Positions 22,249 through 29,729 of a DNA stretch of 32,000 bases are shown piece after piece. The notes under the pieces are model-generated. The model had not been told where the DNA came from. It made no database searches and saw only the letters and a program-made list of their open reading frames with translations. A program made the translations under genes and the position numbers. How positions within the stretch are numbered: the first letter of the stretch is position 1; every line of letters starts with the position of its first letter. The stretch is from Deinococcus radiodurans R1 = ATCC 13939 = DSM 20539 (GTDB lineage Bacteria; Deinococcota; Deinococci; Deinococcales; Deinococcaceae), in the NCBI RefSeq assembly GCF_000008565.1, contig NC_000958.1, positions 90,001-122,000 of the forward strand, written 5' to 3'.

Positions 22249-22974
22249 ATGCGTCATTCTGTGAAAACTGTTGTGGTCGTTTCCAGCCTGCTCCTCGGTA
22301 CGGCCCTGGCCGGAGGCGCCGGCGCCCAGTCCGCGGGCAATGGCGTGCCGTCCACCAACGTCAATACGCCCGCCCCCAACACCGGGCAATCCACCGCGCA
22401 GAACACCAACACCGCTTCGCCGCTGCCCTACAACCGCGCGACCACGCTGCCGGCGGCGGGCACCGAAGACCTCAAAAAGAGCGTCCAGGCGCTGCAAAAC
22501 ACCTTGACCGAGCTGCAAGCCCTGCAACTCCAGACCAAGCAGGCGCACTGGAACGTGTCGGGCACACTGTGGTACACGCTGCACGAACTGCTGCAAGACC
22601 ACTACGAGGGCATCAGCAAGTTTGCCGACGACGTGGCCGAGCGTCAACTGTCAGTCGGGGCGTCGAGCGACGGGCGGGCCATCACCATCGTGGCGGCGTC
22701 GCGCCTGCCGGAAATTCCGGGCGGCTTCCTCGACGACGCGCAGGTCATCCAGTTCTTCACCTACCAGTACGAAACGGTCGGCCAGCGCATCCACCAGCGC
22801 GTCGGCGACGTGGAAAAGGTGGACCCCACCACCGCCAACCTGCTTCAGGAAGTTGAGCACATCATCGAGAAGTACCAGTGGCAGATGCGCGCCTTCTTGC
22901 AGAACACGCCGACCGACCCCAACACCGGCTTCGACATCAACAACGGCAAGCCCGTGCCGCTGCGTGGCCGCTGA
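22249..22974 (+). CDS. dps2: Dps-family ferritin-like DNA-binding protein with N-terminal signal peptide (Dps2)
   Basis: 241 aa. Signal peptide MRHSVKTVVVVSSLLLGTALAGGAGAQS, a low-complexity N-tail, then the Dps core (QTKQAHWNVSGTLWYTLHELLQDHYE, ADDVAERQL). TAAGGAG SD. It matches the known D. radiodurans Dps2. Confidence 0.95.
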   Translation: MRHSVKTVVVVSSLLLGTALAGGAGAQSAGNGVPSTNVNTPAPNTGQSTAQNTNTASPLPYNRATTLPAAGTEDLKKSVQALQNTLTELQALQLQTKQAHWNVSGTLWYTLHELLQDHYEGISKFADDVAERQLSVGASSDGRAITIVAASRLPEIPGGFLDDAQVIQFFTYQYETVGQRIHQRVGDVEKVDPTTANLLQEVEHIIEKYQWQMRAFLQNTPTDPNTGFDINNGKPVPLRGR

Positions 22975-23032
22975 GCCGAGCATCACCGAGAAGGGTCGTT
23001 TGCTGAAGCTGTAAGCGACAGAAACTGAAAAT

Positions 23033-23069
23033 GCGCCCGGTCAACAGTGCCGGGCGTGTTTTTGCTTTT
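23033..23069 (+). terminator. Rho-independent terminator downstream of dps2
   Basis: GCGCCCGG-tcaacagtg-CCGGGCG followed by TGTTTTTGCTTTT. Confidence 0.6.
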
Positions 23070-23156
23070 GGAGGGACTGGTTGTGGCTGTATCTCTCATC
23101 AGGAGGTGAAGCCGCGCTCTTTGGAGCTTCGGCCTGACCTCTCGCGCCTAAAACCC

Positions 23157-24251
23157 TCACTCTACCGGCACCGGCAAGACGGCGCGGTTTCGTCCTCCAT
23201 CTTTGGCCTGATAGAGCCGGCTATCCGCCATTGCGATGACCGCTTCCAGGCTGGGCGCCTCGGCGAAGGTGGCGCCCCCCGCGCTGATGGTCAGGGGCGG
23301 AAGATGGTCTACCCGCAGCGTGCGGATGGTGTGCAGCAGTTGCTCGGTGACCTGCTGGTGTTCGCGGGCGCTCTGGCACGGCAACACCATCACAAATTCT
23401 TCGCCGCCCCAGCGACCGATAAGTGCATGTTCTGAGGCGGCGGCCCGCAGCGTCACGCCGATCATTTGCAGCGCCTGGTCGCCGGTCAGGTGTCCGTAGG
23501 AGTCGTTGACGCCCTTGAAGTGGTCGACATCCACCATCAGCAGCAGGGTTTGCTCCGGCGACGAGGTGCGCCAGAGCGTCCCGAGTTTCTTTTCCAGCCC
23601 CCGGCGGCTGAGGGTGCCGGTCAGGGCGTCCCAAGCGAGCTGACCTTCGAGGTAGGCGCTGCGGACCTGTTCCTCGTTGACATAGTGGCTGTAGCGGGCG
23701 GCGAACGCGGCGGTGCCCAGGCCCACGGCGAGCAGCCCCAGCTCCGTCGGCACGCGGACATTTGCATTCACGGCGCTGGCGACGGTCAGGACATACAGCA
23801 GAGCCGAAAACGGCGCCGCGAGCCGGGTCGGCAAAATGGCAAACAGCACCATACCGAGAATCTGGACTTCGAGCAGCACGATGCTGCCGGTCCATGAATG
23901 TTCCAGCAGGTCCTGCACGATGTCGGCGGCGATGCGCCCACTCAGGGTCAGCACCGCCAGCCTGCAGACCAGCGACATGGGACTGGGCAGACGCCAGTTG
24001 ACGATAAAAATAGCGATGACCAGCGCAATCCCGCCGCTTCCCACCAGCAGTTGAAACTCGTCGTGTTTGCGCCAGGACCGGATGAAGGCCAGCAGTTGAA
24101 CGGCCAGTGCCCCCAGGGCCAGCACGGACACCAGCCAGCGCTGGCCCGAGTTGCCGCGCGTTTGGGAAGAGGGGGCTTGCGAAGTCACGAGCGGCAACGT
24201 AACCGACTGAGGGTCACAAGTTCTTGAAATCGGAGTCTCACTCAGGAACAT
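23157..24251 (-). CDS. Membrane-anchored diguanylate cyclase (GGDEF domain)
   Basis: 364 aa with five to six N-terminal TM helices. The C-terminal domain carries DVDHFKGVNDSYGHLTGD, the GGEEF active site (RWGGEEFVMVL) and ADSRLYQAKDGGRN. Confidence 0.85.
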   Translation of the reverse strand: MFLSETPISRTCDPQSVTLPLVTSQAPSSQTRGNSGQRWLVSVLALGALAVQLLAFIRSWRKHDEFQLLVGSGGIALVIAIFIVNWRLPSPMSLVCRLAVLTLSGRIAADIVQDLLEHSWTGSIVLLEVQILGMVLFAILPTRLAAPFSALLYVLTVASAVNANVRVPTELGLLAVGLGTAAFAARYSHYVNEEQVRSAYLEGQLAWDALTGTLSRRGLEKKLGTLWRTSSPEQTLLLMVDVDHFKGVNDSYGHLTGDQALQMIGVTLRAAASEHALIGRWGGEEFVMVLPCQSAREHQQVTEQLLHTIRTLRVDHLPPLTISAGGATFAEAPSLEAVIAMADSRLYQAKDGGRNRAVLPVPVE

Positions 24252-24491
24252 TAAGGTCTCACGTCGCTTGATTCTGGCAACTGAATGTCAATGAGAGGAA
24301 GAAGCCGCTAGGCAAGCTCAAGTTGCTGCCCACGCTCCCGAGGTTGAAGTCAGCGTAACAGGCGACAAGAGCCACTGAAGGCGCTGCGGCACCTGGCCTA
24401 GCCGCGCCGCCCATTTGACTGATGCTCTGGCCTGGCTGCGCCCGCTAGGCTGCCTCAGGGCTAGGCCGAAGCCTGCCCGGGAGACCCCATC

Positions 24492-25520
24492 ATGGCCGAA
24501 CGGCAAGTCATCAAAGAACGCGCCCAGCTTTTTCCCCACCCCAATGCCGAGAGACTCGAACTCTGCAAGGTCGGAACCTTTCAACTGGTCGTCCGCAAAG
24601 GCGAATACCGGGACGGCGACCCCATCGTCATCGCCCCCGAGAAGGCCGTCTTGCCCCCGCAGCTGGCCGGGCTCTACACGAACGCGGACACCGGCGCGAG
24701 CTACCTGCACGGCGCCGAGAAAAACCGCGTGGGCTCGGTGCGCCTGCGTGGCGAGGTGTCGCAGGGCGTGATTCTGCCGCTTGACGGGCTCGAAGACGCC
24801 CCGTTCGGGGAAGACCTCGCCGAGCGCCTCGGCATCACCTTCTGGGAACCGCCCGTCCCGGTCAGCATGGCGGGCGAAGTCGAGCCGCGGCCCCCGGCGC
24901 AGCACTACAAGCACCACGATGTCGAGCAGTTCGGCATCTACGTCAGCGAATTTGCCAGCGGTGAAGAGGTGATGGTTACCGAGAAGCTTCACGGCACCCA
25001 GGGCGTCTACTTCCGCACGGCGGAGGGCCGCTGGCTGGTCACGTCCAAGGGCCTCTCGCGCGGCGGCCTGACCCTGCGGGAAGCGGCGAGCAACGTCTAC
25101 TGGCAAGCGGCCCGCAACAGCAACCTCTTTGCTGAAGCCGACGCGGCGTTTTCCGGCGGCGAAGTGCAGATTTTCGGTGAAGTCGTTCCCGTTCAGAAGG
25201 GCTTTTCTTACGGTCAGCACAAACCCACGGTCTTCGTGTTCAAGGTGGTTTATGACGGCCTGCGCTTGCCCCGCCGCGACTGGCCGCAGTGGGTTCTCGA
25301 CCACGCGGTCCCGGTGCTGTACGAAGGGCCGTTCGACGAGGCCACTGTCCGCAAGTTGCGCGGCGGCCTGGAGACCGTTTCCGGGAAGGGGCTGCACATC
25401 CGCGAAGGCGTCGTGGTCGCGCCTAAAGTCCCGCGCTTTGCCGCCGACGGCAGCGATCTGAGCGTCAAGCTCATCTCCGACGCCTACGCCAAAAAGGAAA
25501 CGGGCGAGGAGTACTCGTGA
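24492..25520 (+). CDS. ATP-dependent RNA ligase, Rnl5 type (DraRnl)
   Basis: 342 aa. N-terminal OB-like module plus a nucleotidyltransferase domain with motif I EKLHG, whose lysine falls at residue 165 by my count. That is the published adenylylation site of the D. radiodurans RNA ligase (DR_B0094). Confidence 0.95.
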   Translation: MAERQVIKERAQLFPHPNAERLELCKVGTFQLVVRKGEYRDGDPIVIAPEKAVLPPQLAGLYTNADTGASYLHGAEKNRVGSVRLRGEVSQGVILPLDGLEDAPFGEDLAERLGITFWEPPVPVSMAGEVEPRPPAQHYKHHDVEQFGIYVSEFASGEEVMVTEKLHGTQGVYFRTAEGRWLVTSKGLSRGGLTLREAASNVYWQAARNSNLFAEADAAFSGGEVQIFGEVVPVQKGFSYGQHKPTVFVFKVVYDGLRLPRRDWPQWVLDHAVPVLYEGPFDEATVRKLRGGLETVSGKGLHIREGVVVAPKVPRFAADGSDLSVKLISDAYAKKETGEEYS

Positions 25521-26235
25521 CCCTGCTCAACGTGGTGGACGTGGAAGCGACCTGCTGGGAAGGGGAGCCCCCGGCGGGTCAGCACAGCGAAATCATCGAA
25601 ATCGGCATCGTGGTGCTGAATCTGGAAACGCTGGAACGAACGGGCAAGCGCAGCGTGATGGTCAGGCCGGAACACTCCGAGGTCAGCGCGTTCTGCACCC
25701 GGCTGACCGGCATCACGCCGGAGGAAGCCGCTTCTGGCGTCAGCTTTGGAGCAGTTCTGCGAATTACGCGTGCGTCGGAACAGCACCGCCACCCGCTCCA
25801 TTCTCTGCTTCGCAGCTTTGCAAGTTCGTTCTGCTCCCTGTTTTGTCCTCGCTCTCTGCGAGCTGTACCAGTCCGCTCGCCAAAAAGCTGTGCCATCTTT
25901 TTGTCAAATGCTCTAGGGAAGCGTGCGACCTGCTGCGGGCCGAGTACCACACTGATTCCCGGCCCTGGGCGAGTTGGGGCGACTATGACCGCAGGCAAAT
26001 TCAGCGGCAGGCGGTCGGCGGCGTTCGCTTTCCCTTCAGTGCGCGCCACACCAATGCCAAACGCGCTTACGCCGAGGCGTATTCCCTCAGGAAAGCGGGG
26101 ATGGCGCAGGCCCTCGCCCACGCCGGGCTGCCACTCGAAGGAGCGCACCACCGCGGCGCCGACGACGCCTGGAACATCGCGGCTCTGGTCGCCCAGCTGG
26201 TGAGTGAGGGGCACTGGCCGCAGGACCCCACGTAG
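25517..26235 (+). pseudogene. DEDDh 3'-5' exonuclease (ERI-1/KapD-like), disrupted by a non-coding-looking segment of about 155 bp
   Basis: Exo I VVDVEATCWE and EIIEIGIVV lie in the frame starting at GTG 25517. Exo II WASWGDYD and Exo III HHRGADDAWN lie in the frame of ORF 25843-26235. The two homologous parts are in different frames and are separated by 25763-25917. Confidence 0.75.
25763..25917. other. Putative insertion splitting the exonuclease gene (boundaries approximate)
   Basis: Removing exactly these 155 nt joins ...GVSFGAVLR to EACDLLRAEYHTDSRPWASWGDYD... in frame, giving a 187-aa exonuclease of normal size. The segment has lower GC, no exonuclease-like frame, and contains the hairpin CAAAAAG-n9-CTTTTTG (25881-25903). 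Confidence 0.4.
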
Positions 26236-26274
26236 ATAATCTGGGAAGACATGCACCCCGACTGAAATCCCTCT

Positions 26275-26613
26275 TCAGTTCAATCCAGGCGCCGTCTGAA
26301 CGACGTGACCATTCACCACGTCCAGGGTGTAGACCGGCTCGCTCAGCAGGTCTTCGGCCAGCGAGAGCTGAAACGTGTCGGGCGAAGTCGGAACTCCGGC
26401 AGCTCCGTCGGTCAGGGTAATCCACAGGCCCGATTCGTCCGCCGCGCACAGCAGCGTGCGCCCATCTTCAGTCCCGAACTCCTGAAAGGTGAGTGGGGCG
26501 ATCAGGGTGTGCCAACTCATCAGCCCGCAGAGGCCAGCCAGACTGTCGAGGTCGTCGCCGTCGAGTTCGTAGGCCCGGTACGTGATGCGGTGGGCGAGTT
26601 CGCTGAGGTCCAT
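26275..26613 (-). CDS. Hypothetical small acidic protein
   Basis: 112-aa ORF (MDLSELAHRITYRAYELDGDDLDSLAGL...) with native-like codon composition and no recognisable motif. Confidence 0.45.
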   Translation of the reverse strand: MDLSELAHRITYRAYELDGDDLDSLAGLCGLMSWHTLIAPLTFQEFGTEDGRTLLCAADESGLWITLTDGAAGVPTSPDTFQLSLAEDLLSEPVYTLDVVNGHVVQTAPGLN

Positions 26614-26782
26614 GCCGCTCAGTGTAGGGAAGGTGGAGGAAGGCCATTCTCTGGCAGCAGCTTGTCACAAACGTGAACGGCTGCTCAGGTGGGGGAGACC
26701 CGGCGCCCCTGGCCCGCCCAGGAGGATAAGGACGCCTGCGGCAGGCCCTTTCAAGCTGCCGCGCGGCCCCCAGGAGAAGCCT

Positions 26783-27571
26783 ATGCGTCAGGAACACCAG
26801 CAGATCTGCGTCGACGACACCACGCTCTATATCGAGGGCAGCGGCCCGGAAACCATCCTCATGGTGCATGGCTGGCCGGACACGTACCGCCTGTGGGACG
26901 CCCAGGTTGAGGCGCTCAAGGGCCGCTACCGGTGCGTGCGGCTGACGTTGCCTGGCTTCGAGGAACCGAATGCCCGCAAGGTCTACACCCTCGACGAATT
27001 GACCGGTTTGCTGAGCCGCGTGGTCGAGCAGATTTCTCCCGACCGGCCCGTGATTCTGCTGCTGCATGACTGGGGGTGCATGTTCGGTTATCAGTTTGCC
27101 CGGCGCTTTCCGCAGCGGGTTTCCAAAATTATCGGTGTGGACGTGGGCGACCGCTTCGAGCAGACGCCCAAAGCCCTGGCTTTTACCATCGCTTACCAGT
27201 GGTGGCTGGCCCTCGCCTGGTGGATCGGTGGCGGCCTCGGAAACCTGATGACCCGGGTGCTGATGCGCCTGATGCACGTGCCGAAAAAGACGCGCGAAGT
27301 GACCGCCGGCATGAACTATCCCTACTTTCAGATGTGGTTCGGCGGCAAGGAAGCCTATTCGCGGCAGGCCAAGTCGTTTTCACCGAGCTGCCCGGTGCTG
27401 TTCGTCTACGGCGAGCGCAAACCCGTCATGTTTCATACCCCGCGCTGGGTTCAGAAGGTAGAGCGTCTGCCCGGCGGAAAAGTGGTGGGCCTGCCGACGG
27501 GGCACTGGGTCATGGTCCAACAACCGGACCGCTTGAACCGCGAAATCCTCGACTGGCTGGCGACGGTTTGA
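26783..27571 (+). CDS. Alpha/beta-fold hydrolase, epoxide hydrolase / haloalkane dehalogenase-like
   Basis: ATG 26783 with AGGAG 5 nt upstream. Carries the HGWP oxyanion motif (ILMVHGWPD) and an Asp nucleophile elbow (LLLHDWGCMFG). The ORF-track start at 26582 gives an implausible Arg/Pro-rich extension. Confidence 0.85.
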   Translation: MRQEHQQICVDDTTLYIEGSGPETILMVHGWPDTYRLWDAQVEALKGRYRCVRLTLPGFEEPNARKVYTLDELTGLLSRVVEQISPDRPVILLLHDWGCMFGYQFARRFPQRVSKIIGVDVGDRFEQTPKALAFTIAYQWWLALAWWIGGGLGNLMTRVLMRLMHVPKKTREVTAGMNYPYFQMWFGGKEAYSRQAKSFSPSCPVLFVYGERKPVMFHTPRWVQKVERLPGGKVVGLPTGHWVMVQQPDRLNREILDWLATV

Positions 27572-27654
27572 GTACGGCTGGCTCGTAAGCGGCTGAGAAA
27601 GCGCGTGACGGCCTACGCCCAGCTCACGGGCGCGGACCGTTTTCTCCTTCCTCT

Positions 27655-28896
27655 TTAGCCGCTCAGCTCCCCCTCCAAAGTGTCCCAGGTCAGCCGGTGC
27701 GCCTCGCCCACTTCCGGGAATTCCAGCAGCCGGAGCTGGTCGGCGAGGACTGCGCTGTTCACCTGCCGCTCTCTCCCGCTGATGCGTGCTCCGAGCTGAC
27801 CGGGCGGCGTCCACAGCACGTGCAGCTCGGTCAGAGCGCCGTAGTCGTAGCCCAGCCCCAGCACCTGGGCGCGCTGGCTGCGGCGCAGGGTGGTCGCGTC
27901 CCAGACGGCGTGGCGCCCCCGGCGCAGGGCCTCGCGCAGTTGCTCGCGGGCGGCTTGCAATACCTGACCGTTCACCCGCTGGTCACTCGCGTTTTTGCCG
28001 AGCTTGGCCCGCAGCGCGTCCAGACTGATGAGGTCGGCGTCCGGGACGCTGTGGGCATACGTGCTTTTGCCGCTGCCCGAGGGACCGCACAGCACCGTTA
28101 GGCGCGGAAACCCGCTGCGGGCGGCCTCCTGCACTCGGGCCACCGCCTCGTGCGGCGTGTGAATCACCCCGGCCTCCCAATCCTGAATTCCCCGGCCCAC
28201 CGCCAGCGCGAGCAACTCGGGCGGCGCGCCGGGCAGCAGGGCCGCAATCTCCGCGCGAAAGGCGGCGTAGGGGTCCGTGACGTTCCAGACGCCGAGGTCA
28301 CGGGCAAGCAGTTCCAGATAGTCGGCGGTGTCCTCTCCCTTCCTGCCGTCGCCGCCGCGCACTTCGCGGCCCCGCGCGTCGGCTTTCGCCAGCCGCACGA
28401 GCAGGGGCAACGGCACCTGCCGCGCCAGGGCGAAGACGCCGCGCCCCAGTTCACTTTCGGCGGCGCGGTGCAGGCTGTGATGATGCGCCACCAGTTCCAG
28501 CACGGTCAAAATCAGCCTGGGAGCAAGGCCGGTGTCGAGCAGGCGGTACGCGAGATAGTCCCGCCCCCGCCGCGCGTGCTGGCGCGACCGCAAGCGTATT
28601 TGCCCGCTGCTCCCCTCGGGCTCCTCGCGGGTGGTCAGCGCCTTGCCGATGTCGTGCAGGGCGGCGGCCAGCAGCAGGGCCGCGCGGTCAAAGGGGTCGA
28701 GGCCTTCCGAGAGTTCGTGCGCCCGCGCCAGTACGAGCGCCGAGTGGGTCGCCACGTCGCCCTCGGCGTGCCACTCGGGGTCCTGCGGGGTGTGCGGCAA
28801 CTCGCCCAGCAGCGGCAACACCGGGCGCAGTTCGGCGCTCAGCTCGTCGAAAGTGACGGGCTCAGGCCGCGTCAGGAGGTAGATGAGGGCAGACAT
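27655..28896 (-). CDS. HD-domain phosphohydrolase fused to P-loop polynucleotide-kinase-like domain (PNKP-like end-healing enzyme)
   Basis: 413 aa. N-terminal HD motifs (HAEGDVATHS, LHDIGK, VAHHHSL); C-terminal Walker A LCGPSGSGKST and a kinase-like fold. GGAG SD. The start overlaps the PARG stop by 25 nt. It matches what I recall as DR_B0098. Confidence 0.9.
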   Translation of the reverse strand: MSALIYLLTRPEPVTFDELSAELRPVLPLLGELPHTPQDPEWHAEGDVATHSALVLARAHELSEGLDPFDRAALLLAAALHDIGKALTTREEPEGSSGQIRLRSRQHARRGRDYLAYRLLDTGLAPRLILTVLELVAHHHSLHRAAESELGRGVFALARQVPLPLLVRLAKADARGREVRGGDGRKGEDTADYLELLARDLGVWNVTDPYAAFRAEIAALLPGAPPELLALAVGRGIQDWEAGVIHTPHEAVARVQEAARSGFPRLTVLCGPSGSGKSTYAHSVPDADLISLDALRAKLGKNASDQRVNGQVLQAAREQLREALRRGRHAVWDATTLRRSQRAQVLGLGYDYGALTELHVLWTPPGQLGARISGRERQVNSAVLADQLRLLEFPEVGEAHRLTWDTLEGELSG

Positions 28897-29729
28897 AAGG
28901 ACTCCAGCTCGCGACGAAACGCGCCGAGCGTCGGGTGCTGAGGATGATTGTCGAGGACGGCGAAAGTAACGTGCTCAAAAGCGCCCTGGGCTTCCCCTTC
29001 CAGCAGCTCGCGGAAGGTGCGTGCCACGCCCGCCGGGTCGTTGCGGAACACGCCGCAGCCCCACGCTCCCAGCACCAGATGCGTCTGCTCCATCCAGGCG
29101 GCGACGCCCAGAACCCGCCGGGCCCGTTCCCGCAGTGTCGGCAGCACCTGCGGCAGTTGCTCAGGACGGCTCTGGGCCACTGCTCCAGCGTTCGGGGCCG
29201 GCGCGGTGATAATGTTCACCGGCACCGGCGCGGGCAACAGTTGCCCCGCGTCATCCCGGAAAATGGGGACCTGCGGGCTGTAAATGAGGTGGTCGGTATA
29301 GAGCGCCGAGTGGGACTGGCGGTTGACCGCGTAGTAAGGCTCGGCCTGGGGTGAGGTCAGACTGAAATAGAGCCCACTGCCACGGCACAGGTCTTCTTCC
29401 TGGGCCTGCGCGCCGCCCAGAAAACCGCCACCGGGGTTTTTGGCCGAGGCGAAGTTGAGCGCTGCGAGTGCTGACGCCTTTTCACGCAGGCGACGCGCCG
29501 CCGCAAACGTCGTCTCAGACGTGACCTCACAGGTCGTCTGAAAGCTGCCCCGGCGACGGCGTAAGGCTTCTCGTAGGTCTTCTCCCTGCTCCGGCGTGAA
29601 CAGCCGCGTGCCTTGCCGCATTGCCGCGAGACCCGGCAACCTCACCGGACCCGACCCGGTGACGGACTGGCCCGTGCGGAGGATGTTCAGCGTGTCCTGG
29701 GCCTGTTCGGTACGGTTTTTGCGGTTCAT
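28872..29729 (-). CDS. Bacterial-type poly(ADP-ribose) glycohydrolase (macrodomain, DUF2263/TIGR02452-like)
   Basis: Start MNRKNRTEQ at 29729 overlaps the ligase stop as ATGA. The PARG signature GGG-X7-QEE is present (ALNFASAKNPGGGFLGGAQAQEEDLCRGSGLY). The longer ORF-track form (to 29981) overlaps ligB and is rejected. Confidence 0.9.
   Translation of the reverse strand: MNRKNRTEQAQDTLNILRTGQSVTGSGPVRLPGLAAMRQGTRLFTPEQGEDLREALRRRRGSFQTTCEVTSETTFAAARRLREKASALAALNFASAKNPGGGFLGGAQAQEEDLCRGSGLYFSLTSPQAEPYYAVNRQSHSALYTDHLIYSPQVPIFRDDAGQLLPAPVPVNIITAPAPNAGAVAQSRPEQLPQVLPTLRERARRVLGVAAWMEQTHLVLGAWGCGVFRNDPAGVARTFRELLEGEAQGAFEHVTFAVLDNHPQHPTLGAFRRELESLCLPSSTS

Noticed and set aside
25768-25927. A 153-bp insertion delimited by the direct repeat GCGTGCG (25768-25774 and 25921-25927), as a model for the exonuclease disruption.
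   Set aside because: Deleting 153 bp keeps the frame unchanged and therefore does not reconnect the Exo I frame to the Exo II/III frame. The 155-bp model (25763-25917) does reconnect them, so the repeat is probably coincidental.
24318-26256. ORFs 24318-25397 (-) and 25579-26256 (-), antisense to the RNA ligase and exonuclease.
   Set aside because: The RNA ligase identity on the + strand is unambiguous (Lys165 in EKLHG). The antisense translations are low-complexity and motif-free.
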